DNA from: Candidatus Subterrananammoxibius californiae
Lineage (GTDB): Bacteria; Planctomycetota; Brocadiia; Brocadiales; Subterrananammoxibiaceae
Direction: 5' to 3'
DNA length: 45,264 bases
NCBI GenBank assembly: GCA_030586555.1
Contig: JAURAC010000003.1
Span: forward strand, 109,938-155,201
Shown piece after piece: positions 19,654 through 29,443 of the stretch. The notes under the pieces are model-generated. The model was not told where the DNA came from. It ran no database searches and saw only the letters and a list, made by a program, of their open reading frames with translations. Position 1 is the stretch's first letter. Each line of letters opens with the position of its first letter. The translations under genes were made by a program, and so were the position numbers.

Positions 19654-21090
19654 ATGGAAATGAGAACGATTTTAATAGTTGACGATGAGCAAACAATACT
19701 TGAATCCTTTCGTATTATATTAAAGGACAACTATCGGGTACTCACTGCTAACAGTGGTGAGAAGGCGTTTAAGGTGCTCGATGAAGAACTTCCAGATTTA
19801 ATGATTTTGGACCTTAAGATGCCGGGTATGGGCGGCATGGAGGTGCTTCAGAAGGTTAGCCAATCCTTTCCGGGTTTGCCTGTGATTATTGTAACAGCCA
19901 CAAAGGACATTAAAAGCGTAATAGAGGCTATGAAGTTAGGCGCCACTGACTTTGTTGTTAAGCCTTTTGATGTTGATGAGATTAAATTGTTAATTGATAA
20001 AACCCTTCGCTCCAAACAATTGGCAAGCGAGGTATCGTACCTCAGGTCTGAGGTGAATAAGAATTATGGATTTAACGAAATTATTGGCCAGAGCATGGCT
20101 ATTAAGGGTATACTTGATACCGTAGAACGTGTGGCAAAAGGGGATACTACGGTGCTTGTTCAGGGCGAAAGTGGAACGGGTAAAGAACTCATTGCACGCC
20201 GTATCCACATGCAGAGCCCGAGGCAGGATAAGCCCTTTATAGCCGTTCATTGCCCAGCCCTTCCCGAGCACCTGCTGGAAAGCGAGCTATTTGGCCATGA
20301 GAAGGGCTCCTTTACCAGCGCAAGTGAAAGAAGACTCGGTAGATTTGAATTGGCAAATACAGGTACCATTTTCCTTGATGAGATTAGTGAGATGAACCTT
20401 TCGACACAGGGGAAAATACTTCGTGTTCTACAAGAACATGAATTTGAGCGGGTTGGAGGTACACGAACTATCAAGGTGGATGCAAGGGTAATTGTTGCTT
20501 CTAATAAGAACCTTAAGGATGAGATTTCTAAAGGAACATTCCGTGAGGATTTGTATTACAGGATAAATGTCGTGCCTATCTGTTTGCCACCCTTAAGGGA
20601 AAGAAAAGAGGATATACCATTGCTTGTAAAAAATTTTATTAACACGTTCTGCAGGGACTTTGGTTGCAGAACCCATGATATTCATCCCGATGCGATGACT
20701 CTATTACAGTCCTACCATTGGCCTGGCAATATCAGGGAATTGCGAAACGTAATTGAAAGAATTATGACGCTGTACGGCGAAAAGGAAATAATCATGCCGG
20801 AATATTTGCCTCGTGAAATTAGCGGAAGTAGAGCAGAAGTGACTGTGGACACAGGCCGTCCCGCGCTGGGAGCAGAGGAGTCACTTGACGAGGCTGTCGC
20901 ACGGGTCGAAAAGGAATTAATACTGCAAGCACTTGAACGAACGCACGGCGTACAGGCAAAGGCTGCTGAATTATTAAAGACAACCCGCCGCATCCTTAAA
21001 TACAAGATGGACAAGCTTGGGCTAACACAGGAGGATAAAGGTGAGGCGGAAAAAGAGAACAAAGACGATTTGGTAGCCATCCTGCCTTAG
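19654..21090 (+). CDS. Sigma54-dependent response regulator (REC-AAA+-Fis HTH; NtrC/PilR-like)
   Basis: DDE and DLKMP receiver, GESGTGKE, ESELFGHEKGSFTSA (GAFTGA variant), FLDEI, WPGNIREL, C-terminal HTH. Confidence 0.93.
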   Translation: MEMRTILIVDDEQTILESFRIILKDNYRVLTANSGEKAFKVLDEELPDLMILDLKMPGMGGMEVLQKVSQSFPGLPVIIVTATKDIKSVIEAMKLGATDFVVKPFDVDEIKLLIDKTLRSKQLASEVSYLRSEVNKNYGFNEIIGQSMAIKGILDTVERVAKGDTTVLVQGESGTGKELIARRIHMQSPRQDKPFIAVHCPALPEHLLESELFGHEKGSFTSASERRLGRFELANTGTIFLDEISEMNLSTQGKILRVLQEHEFERVGGTRTIKVDARVIVASNKNLKDEISKGTFREDLYYRINVVPICLPPLRERKEDIPLLVKNFINTFCRDFGCRTHDIHPDAMTLLQSYHWPGNIRELRNVIERIMTLYGEKEIIMPEYLPREISGSRAEVTVDTGRPALGAEESLDEAVARVEKELILQALERTHGVQAKAAELLKTTRRILKYKMDKLGLTQEDKGEAEKENKDDLVAILP

Positions 21091-21207
21091 ATGGAAAAGG
21101 GGGCAAAGAGGATAAGAGGATAAGAGGCTAAGAGGCGAATAGGCAAAAAGGTAAACCTTTTAGTCTTTTTACCTTTTGACCTCTTAACCTTTTAATTGGC
21201 TATATAA

Positions 21208-23112
21208 ATGCAATACCGCCCTGTAAGTTTCTCACGTTTATTAAAAAAGATTGCTGTTTACACGCTTCTTATAACCACACTCACTATTTCTTACATCTTT
21301 GCCGTCATTGGCTTTCACATCATCCTTGGAAATTTTCTCAACAAAAATAGTCTTTATGTTTCCTCAATTATTGGAGCGCTCCTTGTTGCCCTTGTTTTGG
21401 GCCCCCTAAAAGAGGGCATCCAATTCCTTGTTGACAGAACCTTTTTCAGGGAGGAGTACAGCCATAAGGAAATCCTTGCCGAATTAAGCAAGATGATGAG
21501 TTCGATACTGAACCTGGACAAGCTCCTTAAACTAATCCTGCAAAAGATATGCACTGCAATGGGTATTGAAAAATCCTTCGTTATGCTAAAGGAGGAAGCA
21601 AGTGACTGTTACACAATAAAAGCAACTAAAGGGGCTCTGCCTGAGGCGAGCGAAAAACAAGCATCAACATTGGGTGGCATGGACAAACTTAGTTTGTCCG
21701 TGCCAAGCGAACTAATTCAGTGGTTATCAAGCACCCGTAGCATCGTAACAAGGGATTTAATTACGCAGGACCCCAAGATACCACAAACGATAAAGGAAAC
21801 CGTTCAGAAGATTGGCATTGAGATGTGCGTACCAATCTTTTTTGAAAACAAGATAATAGGGGCGCTGTTTGTGGGCAAAAAAAGGGCTGAAAAGGTCTTT
21901 TCAGAAGAAGATGTTGACTTCTTTCAGACATTGTCCCATCAGATAGCCGTAGCCATTCGTAATGCACAGCTTTACACCGAACTTGAGGATAATAAGGTTT
22001 ACCAGGAAAACATCCTGAACAATTTAAAGAGTGGCGTTATCGTTATTAACATGGATAAAAAAATTACAATGCTTAATCGTGAGGCATGCAGGCTTCTTAA
22101 TTTAAACCCTTCATCAGTTATCGGAAAGGATATTAGTTTTGTTTCTAAAGACCTCTCTGACCTGTTTTCTCAAACCCTTAATAACAATACCGAATTTTCA
22201 CGCGCTGAGGTTGTTGTTACAATTAGTAGTAAACACATCCCGTTGGGTGCAAACACCTCATTTATCAGAGCGGTTGATGGTAGCCTGCTGGGCATAATAA
22301 TGGTCTTCACAGACCTTACGGCTATAAGAAAACTTGAGGCAGAGAAGCGATGGGCAGACCGTCTGGCAAACCTTGGCACATTAGCGGCTGGTATGGCACA
22401 CGAAATTAAAAACCCCCTTGTCGCTATAAAGACCTTCCTCCAGTTGTTGCCTCAGAAATTTGATGACGAATCGTTCCGAAAGGATTTTCTTGGCATTGCA
22501 TGTAACGAAGTGGATAGGATTAACAAGATTGTCGAGAAATTGTTAAGCTCAGCAAGGCCAACAAATTCCCTGTTCGAGCCCGTGGACCTTCACAGGGTAA
22601 TAAATGAAACCATGCATCTTCTTAAAAATGAGATTGCAGAAAAAGGCTTTGAGGTGAAAACAAATTTTTGTGCCGAGAAGTTAAATATCCTCGGCAACCG
22701 GGAACAGATGACGCAGCTTTTTCTGAACCTCTTTCTTAACAGCTTTGAAGCTATGTTTGATTGTAAGGGCGGGGTAACCCCGCCCCTACTTGAGATTACA
22801 ACGGCCCTTTCCAAAAGAGACCCCTTGCGCTGGCCTCATAAGGTTCCTGCCAGAGATTTTGAGGAAGCCGATACAGTAACGATAAAGGTCTCAGATACAG
22901 GAAAGGGCATCTCTCCTGAAAATATCAATCAAATCTTTGACCCCTTCTTTACCACAAAAGAGAAAGGTACCGGACTCGGCTTATCCATTGTTCACGGTAT
23001 AGTAAAAGAGCATCGGGGCACAATTGACGTGGAAAGCAAGTTGGGGGAGGGGACGAGCTTTTACATCTCCATGCCCTTACAGAAACAGAGTCAGGGAATA
23101 GCCAATAGGTAA
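21208..23112 (+). CDS. Sensor histidine kinase (2 TM-GAF-PAS-HisKA-HATPase)
   Basis: AHEIKNPL H-box, NLFLNS N-box, DTGKGI, FFTTKEKGTGLGL. Confidence 0.92.
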   Translation: MQYRPVSFSRLLKKIAVYTLLITTLTISYIFAVIGFHIILGNFLNKNSLYVSSIIGALLVALVLGPLKEGIQFLVDRTFFREEYSHKEILAELSKMMSSILNLDKLLKLILQKICTAMGIEKSFVMLKEEASDCYTIKATKGALPEASEKQASTLGGMDKLSLSVPSELIQWLSSTRSIVTRDLITQDPKIPQTIKETVQKIGIEMCVPIFFENKIIGALFVGKKRAEKVFSEEDVDFFQTLSHQIAVAIRNAQLYTELEDNKVYQENILNNLKSGVIVINMDKKITMLNREACRLLNLNPSSVIGKDISFVSKDLSDLFSQTLNNNTEFSRAEVVVTISSKHIPLGANTSFIRAVDGSLLGIIMVFTDLTAIRKLEAEKRWADRLANLGTLAAGMAHEIKNPLVAIKTFLQLLPQKFDDESFRKDFLGIACNEVDRINKIVEKLLSSARPTNSLFEPVDLHRVINETMHLLKNEIAEKGFEVKTNFCAEKLNILGNREQMTQLFLNLFLNSFEAMFDCKGGVTPPLLEITTALSKRDPLRWPHKVPARDFEEADTVTIKVSDTGKGISPENINQIFDPFFTTKEKGTGLGLSIVHGIVKEHRGTIDVESKLGEGTSFYISMPLQKQSQGIANR

Positions 23113-23235
23113 AAAGGAAAACAGGAAGTTGAGAAGTTGGGAGGATAGGCGGTTTACCCTCTTAACTTCCCAAGTTCCTAACTTCCTAACTTCTTAACTT
23201 CTTAACTTCCCCATTTCCCATTGGCTGGTATTCTA

Positions 23236-24336
23236 TCATTCCATCACCCTCCTGCCTGCAATCCTTGCGGCTAATTTCCAGGAGCCGAAGGTTTCTACCT
23301 TTTCATTCCTTGAGCTGGCGGTATAAATTGATAAGGCGTCTTTTTTGGTTTTAATGCCTTCGAGGATTGCCTCGCCAGCAAGCTTGCCTGTGGCAAGGGC
23401 TGAGGATATGCCTTCGCCAAACATGTTTAAGAAGCCTGCACCCTCGCCCACTAAGAGCACGTTGCCCTTACCTAAATGAAAATTACCACTCGAAGCCATA
23501 TTATTCCCTATACAGCTTTCCTGCATAACGACCTTCTTAGCCCTCAGCTCGAAATTGTCTTCGAGAAACCTTTTAAATTCTAAAAAATACGGCTCGAACT
23601 TGCTTCCCCTTTTTACAGCGGTGCCAAAGATTAGCAGGTCATCCTTCATGTTAAACCACGCATAGACCTCGCTGAACTTGGGGTCGAGGAAGCCATTAAA
23701 ATAATGGGCATCAAGTGTTGAAGTGCCTTCACAATATTGCTGGATGGCAACCAACCATCCGAGACCTTTTTCAAATTCAGGGTCAATGGCAGCCCTCACG
23801 GTGGACTTGCTGCCGTCAGCACCGATAAGGTAGGTGCCTTTAAATTTTACGGTTTTACCTTGCTCGTTTTTGCAGTGAAGAGAAATCCCCCCCATCCCCC
23901 CTTTCTCGTTCCCACGCTGAGCGTGGGAACGAGTGGGTGAGAGGGGATTGTTGTGCTGTTCCAAACTCAGTAAAGTACAACAATCCTTGATTACCGCTCC
24001 GGACGATTTCACTAACCACTCGTCATATTTTGAGCGCCAGATATTTGGAGCGCCTTCGCTGTTTTCATTAAGCGGCCAGTCCGTAAAATCCTCCTTTGTG
24101 TGCCAGAGTCTTACCGCCTTTAAAAGTTCTGGTCGGGCATAAGCTGATTCGGGAATTTCTCCGAAAAGCTCTCTTGTTAACTTTAGTGATTTATCATTTA
24201 TTAGACCTGAACACATCTTAGCCCTCGGCAGTTTTTTCCTTTCTATTATGAGCACGTTGAGTCCGCCATTAACGAGGGTTCTTGCCGCTGCGGCGCCAGA
24301 AGGACCAGCCCCCACAATAACAACGTCATAATCCAT
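23236..24336 (-). CDS. FAD-dependent oxidoreductase, geranylgeranyl reductase family
   Basis: DVVIVGAGPSG, PRAKMCSG, IGADG, LLVGEGAGF...GEGISSA. Confidence 0.85.
   Translation of the reverse strand: MDYDVVIVGAGPSGAAAARTLVNGGLNVLIIERKKLPRAKMCSGLINDKSLKLTRELFGEIPESAYARPELLKAVRLWHTKEDFTDWPLNENSEGAPNIWRSKYDEWLVKSSGAVIKDCCTLLSLEQHNNPLSPTRSHAQRGNEKGGMGGISLHCKNEQGKTVKFKGTYLIGADGSKSTVRAAIDPEFEKGLGWLVAIQQYCEGTSTLDAHYFNGFLDPKFSEVYAWFNMKDDLLIFGTAVKRGSKFEPYFLEFKRFLEDNFELRAKKVVMQESCIGNNMASSGNFHLGKGNVLLVGEGAGFLNMFGEGISSALATGKLAGEAILEGIKTKKDALSIYTASSRNEKVETFGSWKLAARIAGRRVME
23885..23948. repeat. Nested palindrome in frame in the oxidoreductase
   Basis: CTCGTTCCCACGC-TGA-GCGTGGGAACGAG inside a C-rich/G-rich outer pair. 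Confidence 0.75.
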
Positions 24337-24415
24337 TCTACTTTAATCCTCTCCCAATAGGCGATAAGGTAGAGGTAAAGGCAAAAGTAAAGGATTTTTA
24401 TCTCTACCTCTGCCT

Positions 24416-25417
24416 CTACCTTTTAATCTGTAGCCCCAAATCCTTAATCATTTGCAAATCTTCTTCAGGTGGTCTGCCCTGCGTGGTAAGATAATTGCCG
24501 ATAATAATGCTGTTTGCCCCGGCATAGAACATCCAGCTCTGTAGATCCCTGAGGTTCTTCTCCCTGCCGCCTGCCACCTTTATTTCCTTGTCAGGGAAAA
24601 TGAAGCGGTACACGGCTATTATCTTGAGAATTTCCATAGGCGCAAGTAGTTTTGCATCGCCGAGGGGCGTTCCGCTAATTGGATTAAGAAAATTGAGCGG
24701 GATTGAATCCACATCCAGTTCCTTCAGCTCAAATGCAAGGTCCACCCTATCCTTTACCTCTTCACCAATACCAAATATGCCTCCGCTGCAAACTTCCATA
24801 CCAGCCGCTTTAGCAGCCTTTATAGTTGCAACCCTGTCGTTGTAAGAATGTGTGGTGCATATCTGTGGAAAATACCTGCTTGATGTTTCAAGGTTGTGAT
24901 TGATTCGCTTCAAACCGCTTCTTGCAAGCCTGTTTGCTGCGTTCTGCGTAAGACAGCCGAGTGATGCATGAGGGGTTGCGCCATGTGTCTGCAGTAAAGT
25001 AATGGCTTTGCATACCTTTTCGAGGTCTTGACCATTATTAATACCGTACCCGCTTGTAACGACACCCAGGCATCCTGCCCCTATTGAGCTTGCAGACATA
25101 GCAGAAGCAGTTATGATGTCGTTCCCAACAAATGGAAACTCCGGTACGTTCGTGTTATAATGTGAGGATTGAGAGCAAAATTTGCAGTCTTCCGTACAAC
25201 TGCCCTGCTTTGCGCTGATAATACCGCAGCATGTTATCTCCCTGCCTATAAATTTCAGGCGAATCTTGTTTGCCCAGTAAAGGAGGTCAAAGATAACCTC
25301 GCCTTCCTTGCCCGCCATCTTTTGGGAGGGAAGGAACATCAGGTATTCGGCATACTTGCGTGTAATGGGTTTGTTTTCTAATACTTGTTGAGCGATTTTT
25401 TGAATAACATCGTTCAT
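24416..25417 (-). CDS. bioB: Biotin synthase
   Basis: CTEDCKFCSQS, NHNLETS, CSGGIFGIGE, SIPLNFL, GNYLTTQG. Confidence 0.95.
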   Translation of the reverse strand: MNDVIQKIAQQVLENKPITRKYAEYLMFLPSQKMAGKEGEVIFDLLYWANKIRLKFIGREITCCGIISAKQGSCTEDCKFCSQSSHYNTNVPEFPFVGNDIITASAMSASSIGAGCLGVVTSGYGINNGQDLEKVCKAITLLQTHGATPHASLGCLTQNAANRLARSGLKRINHNLETSSRYFPQICTTHSYNDRVATIKAAKAAGMEVCSGGIFGIGEEVKDRVDLAFELKELDVDSIPLNFLNPISGTPLGDAKLLAPMEILKIIAVYRFIFPDKEIKVAGGREKNLRDLQSWMFYAGANSIIIGNYLTTQGRPPEEDLQMIKDLGLQIKR

Positions 25418-25494
25418 ATCATTTAAAGGAAGTTAGGAACTTAGGAAGATGGGAAGTTAAGATAGGTTTCTTAAGTTCTCAACTTCCTAACCTC

Positions 25495-26511
25495 TTAACT
25501 TCGTGTTTTTAAAATTTTATATTTCTCTACAACCTTTTCCCACACAATGGACGGTCTTTCGGATTTTATGTAACTCATGCAAGCCCCAGCCTCAAATGAC
25601 CAGGTGGCTATATTTCGTATGCCTGCATCATAAGCGGTCTGAATAGCCTCAGAGACCTCATTTTCTTTGCCACTCGGGACACGGAATCCCTGAATCCATA
25701 TCTGGGCTTCCTTATTATATTTCTTACATAAATCAATAACTTGTCTTGAAACGGTGCCTACGAAATCCTTAACCTCTTTATTAAAGCAAAGCCAATAGGG
25801 GTCGCTTCCAAAGACGTCAATGTTTTTAATCTTGAGAACCTCTTCCCATTCATAAATACCATATTTGGGTTCGTTCGTTGGGAATATGCAAATACTATTT
25901 TTAAGCCCCATATCTGAGGCAAAGTTGCATAGATATTCTATAAAGTTTAACAGTGTCCATTGCCTGAACTTCTTCACATCCTCAGTAAAATCGAGCGGCA
26001 TTTCGTAACCATAAGTGTCTTTAAAGATATTTTTGCACGTATTACAAACACAGCCCCATATTTGCTGCTTCGGACCAAACAAGGGGGCAAGCTCCCCAAA
26101 GTACAGGTGTGGCTCATCCCAGAACACGCCATCAGCGCCTGTGCGTGCGGCAAGGTCTATCCATAGCGCCATCCATTGACGGAATGTCCTTGAGTTCAGA
26201 CATGCTTTGTTTACCCTGAAATCACATTCAGGCAGGCTTAATTGCTGTCTTGCATCGGGACGTAATTTAACAAAGTTAGAAAAGGATTCCCCGCCAAAGA
26301 CCTGTCCTACAGCCCACGGGTCAAGATGCACCTCCAGCCCTGCATCCTTGCTGACCTTAACGATGTCCATCATTGTTTCGCTGTAATAGGCAACGTCCTC
26401 CTCGCTCATCGTATGGACAACAAAATTACAGCCGTCCCGTGCCATTTGCTCTACATCAGACTTGACGTGCTTCAATGTTCTATTACCAAAATAACTTGCG
26501 CCGAGCTTCAT
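25495..26511 (-). CDS. Putative glycoside-hydrolase-like TIM-barrel protein
   Basis: Beta/alpha pattern, VFWDEPH, FGSDPYW, WIQGF; family not identified. Confidence 0.45.
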   Translation of the reverse strand: MKLGASYFGNRTLKHVKSDVEQMARDGCNFVVHTMSEEDVAYYSETMMDIVKVSKDAGLEVHLDPWAVGQVFGGESFSNFVKLRPDARQQLSLPECDFRVNKACLNSRTFRQWMALWIDLAARTGADGVFWDEPHLYFGELAPLFGPKQQIWGCVCNTCKNIFKDTYGYEMPLDFTEDVKKFRQWTLLNFIEYLCNFASDMGLKNSICIFPTNEPKYGIYEWEEVLKIKNIDVFGSDPYWLCFNKEVKDFVGTVSRQVIDLCKKYNKEAQIWIQGFRVPSGKENEVSEAIQTAYDAGIRNIATWSFEAGACMSYIKSERPSIVWEKVVEKYKILKTRS

Positions 26512-26644
26512 AAGTTCATCAGATTATAACCATTTCATATTACAGGTGCAATACATAAAATAGGTAGGTAGTCTTAGAAATTTATTGATAAACCTGAGGA
26601 GTTAAAAGTAAGTTCGAGGGACTTACTTCCAATGAATGGTGGAA

Positions 26645-26953
26645 TTATGACTGAAGGGCTGTCTCTGCGCTTAATACGAATATCTTCCCGTCACCTATCC
26701 TTCCTGTACGGGCATTCTGGCACACCTTTTCGACTATTTCAGGCACATCGCCATCATTTACTACCATTTCAAGCTTTACCTTGGGTAAAAAGGTAATTGT
26801 GTATTCTGAACCGTGGTATAGCTCAAGGTGGCTCTTTTGCCTTCCGTAACCTTTTACCTCGGTTATAGTCAAACCTTCAATATGGTAACCCTCCAGGCCT
26901 TTTAAGACATCCTGTAGTTTAAAGGGCTTAATTATACATACGATTTTTTTCAT
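26645..26953 (-). CDS. glnB: P-II family signal protein, short C-terminus
   Basis: IIKPFKL, GYGRQK...GSEY...FLPKVKLE, RTGRIGDGKIFV. Confidence 0.85.
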   Translation of the reverse strand: MKKIVCIIKPFKLQDVLKGLEGYHIEGLTITEVKGYGRQKSHLELYHGSEYTITFLPKVKLEMVVNDGDVPEIVEKVCQNARTGRIGDGKIFVLSAETALQS

Positions 26954-27176
26954 TTATACCCACCTGGTACGCCAGAAAAGCAGGGACAGGGTTACCCTGC
27001 CCCTACAAGAGCGATTAGAACAAAATCACTTGACACAGTCAAGGGAAAAGCGTTATACTATTGTCTTATATTTTGGTGACGTGCTTTTAACTAACTCTTA
27101 CCCCGACCCTCTCCCACGGAGTGAGAGGAGGAGGAAGGGGGAGTTTTATGGATGGAGAAAGGAGGATATTATAAAT

Positions 27177-27518
27177 ATGGCTATTTCAGGGGACGCATAT
27201 TCAGCAGGGTACATGAATTTTAATCACGCCGTAAAGGCTACGGATATAGACCTTAAACCCGGGGGTAACCTTACAATCACGGTCCCGCAAATTAAGGTAC
27301 GCATTCCAGACATAAGGCTCAAGTTCTGGTTTTTTCCAGCTCTATGGCTAAAAGGGTTTGAAGTCCTTACCGAGCAAACTACTGTGCAATTCAATCTCGA
27401 CACCGCAAAGGTGCGCGCAGAAATTCGTGAGCCATCCCCCACACCTAAACAAGCTACAGTTGAAGTGATTTCAACGATTAGTGAGAAAGGCTCGGTTATA
27501 TCTGGCAAAGAACTGTAA
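27177..27518 (+). CDS. Hypothetical protein (113 aa, beta-rich)
   Basis: AAAGGAGG upstream of ATG 27177. The ORF-track extension from 27030 runs through a promoter-like and hairpin region. Confidence 0.55.
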   Translation: MAISGDAYSAGYMNFNHAVKATDIDLKPGGNLTITVPQIKVRIPDIRLKFWFFPALWLKGFEVLTEQTTVQFNLDTAKVRAEIREPSPTPKQATVEVISTISEKGSVISGKEL

Positions 27519-27617
27519 GGCTTAAAGGTGAAAAGGTAAAGAGGTCAAAAGACTAAGGAACTCTGAACTTAAGACTTTGAACTCTTGGACTTTTAAACTT
27601 TTGAACCCTGAAACTCT

Positions 27618-28775
27618 TTATAACTGCCATACCCCAGATATAGGATGCTGGCAGTCGCCGCATTTGCCATTTTTGATGGAGTTATGAAGGATGGTATAAC
27701 CTACCCTTTTTATGGCAATCTTATGGCAGTGTGGGCAAAATGTACTTTCCCCCTCGTGTCCTGGCACATTACCTATGTATGGATAATTTAGCCCTGCATC
27801 CATGGCTATCTTCCTCGCCTTCTCCAATGTGGCAACCGGCGTGGGTGGAATATTCTTTATCTTATAAGTGGGGTAATAGCGAGAAAAATGGATTGGTACA
27901 TCTGGCCCAAGATTTTCCTTTATCCATCCACACATCTCCTTGAGTTCTTTGTCGGTATCATTAAGGGTGGGAATTATAAGCACTACAATTTCAAACCAGA
28001 TACCTATTTTCTTAAGCGTGATTAGTGTATCAAGCACAGGTTTAAGTTCGCCGCTGCAGGTTTCTTTGTAGAATTTTTCCGTAAATGCCTTAAAATCTAT
28101 TTTAACGGCGCTAAGGTACTTGCACAATTCTTTTAAAGGTTCTTCCTTGATGTAACCATTTGATACCATCACACTGCCGATGCCCTTCTCTTTTCCCAAC
28201 CTTGCTGTATCATACATATATTCATAGAATACGACTGGCTCCGAATACGTGTATGCAATGGTAGGACAGCCATTCTCCCTGGCGTACTTGACAACATCTT
28301 CTGGCGTTAACTTAATATTTTCTACCTGTTCAGGGCGGAATTGAGAGATTTGCCAGTTCTGACAAAACTTACACTCGATGTTGCAGCCGGCAGTGGCAAT
28401 CGAGTACCCGTTTGTTCCCGAAAGATAATGAAAGAAAGGCTTTTTTTCAATAGGGTCAATGTGCATTGTGCATACACGGGAATGAACAAGTGTATAATAT
28501 TTACCGCCCCTGTTTTCCCTTACGCCGCAGTAGCCGCGCTCCCTATCCGCAACTTTGCAATTACGTGGACATAACAGGCATTCTACCCGAAGGTCTTCGA
28601 GTTGCTTATAGTACATAGCTTCCTTGACAGGAAACTCTGCATCCAGTCCACCTGGGGCGGATTGAAAGGCAGGAGCTGCTTCTGAAAACAATAAAGGGTA
28701 GGCTAAAGAAATGCTTCCAGCACACATTATCCCAGTTCTCAGGAATGTTCTTCTTGAAATTACTTCCTCTTTCAT
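27618..28775 (-). CDS. amrS: AmmeMemoRadiSam-type radical SAM enzyme with Tat signal
   Basis: CLLCPRNC...GYCGVREN, DPIEKKP, GCNIECKFCQNW, AYTYSEP, C-terminal CPHC/CGDC; N-terminal SRRTFLR. Confidence 0.88.
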   Translation of the reverse strand: MKEEVISRRTFLRTGIMCAGSISLAYPLLFSEAAPAFQSAPGGLDAEFPVKEAMYYKQLEDLRVECLLCPRNCKVADRERGYCGVRENRGGKYYTLVHSRVCTMHIDPIEKKPFFHYLSGTNGYSIATAGCNIECKFCQNWQISQFRPEQVENIKLTPEDVVKYARENGCPTIAYTYSEPVVFYEYMYDTARLGKEKGIGSVMVSNGYIKEEPLKELCKYLSAVKIDFKAFTEKFYKETCSGELKPVLDTLITLKKIGIWFEIVVLIIPTLNDTDKELKEMCGWIKENLGPDVPIHFSRYYPTYKIKNIPPTPVATLEKARKIAMDAGLNYPYIGNVPGHEGESTFCPHCHKIAIKRVGYTILHNSIKNGKCGDCQHPISGVWQL

Positions 28776-28869
28776 GGAATTACTTACTTTTTTTTAAAAG
28801 GTATGCTAATTTGGAACATGATTTACTAAGTTCCATTTGGTGGGGAACATTCTATTAATTGAAAGATTA

Positions 28870-29205
28870 TTAAGATGGGCATTTCTTATCTTGTTGTTTC
28901 TTTTTTATCATCTCTGTGACTTTTTCAAAAAATTTATAGTCTCCCTCAGTTTCTGCCCGTTTCTTCGCCTCTTCTTTAATCTTTTTAACGTCAATTATAT
29001 CGCCGAGGCACTGTTCTGCAGCACTGCACCACTCAATGCAGGTGGGAATCCTATCCTTAAAAATGGTCATACCACACTTGCATTGCGCCTTTTCCTCATC
29101 GCTCCAGATTTCCACGAGCCTGCCGCATTTTGGGCATTTCCTCTCGACCGGTGTCGGTGCGGTTGTTTTAAGACTTCCTGGACATCGTACCTTTCCTATT
29201 GCCAT
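28870..29205 (-). CDS. Small Cys-rich metal-binding protein
   Basis: CPG...CPKCG...CKCG...CIEWC...C; ACGGAGG before ATG 29205. Confidence 0.65.
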   Translation of the reverse strand: MAIGKVRCPGSLKTTAPTPVERKCPKCGRLVEIWSDEEKAQCKCGMTIFKDRIPTCIEWCSAAEQCLGDIIDVKKIKEEAKKRAETEGDYKFFEKVTEMIKKKQQDKKCPS

Positions 29206-29237
29206 GTGTGCGCCTCCGTTATATTTGTAGAACACTG

Positions 29238-29291
29238 GTAGCCGCAAGCTTTAGCTTGCGAACTAACACGGAGGTTAAAACCTGCGGCTAC
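29238..29291. repeat. GTAG-type REP doublet; related GTAG...CTAC hairpins at 22763-22789, 26980-27006, 29888-29916
   Basis: GTAGCCGCA...TGCGGCTAC. Confidence 0.7.
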
Positions 29292-29443
29292 CCGAGCAGA
29301 TGCTTTTCACCCAGCCAATGGCGAGGTGGGCTATATAATTCTCTTTTAATTCTAAACAAAAAGGCCAAATTCGTCAAGTATTTTCCCGCCCTCTGGGTTA
29401 CAAACAAGACTTTTTCAAAGGTCTCTTATATCTGCTGAAAGGG

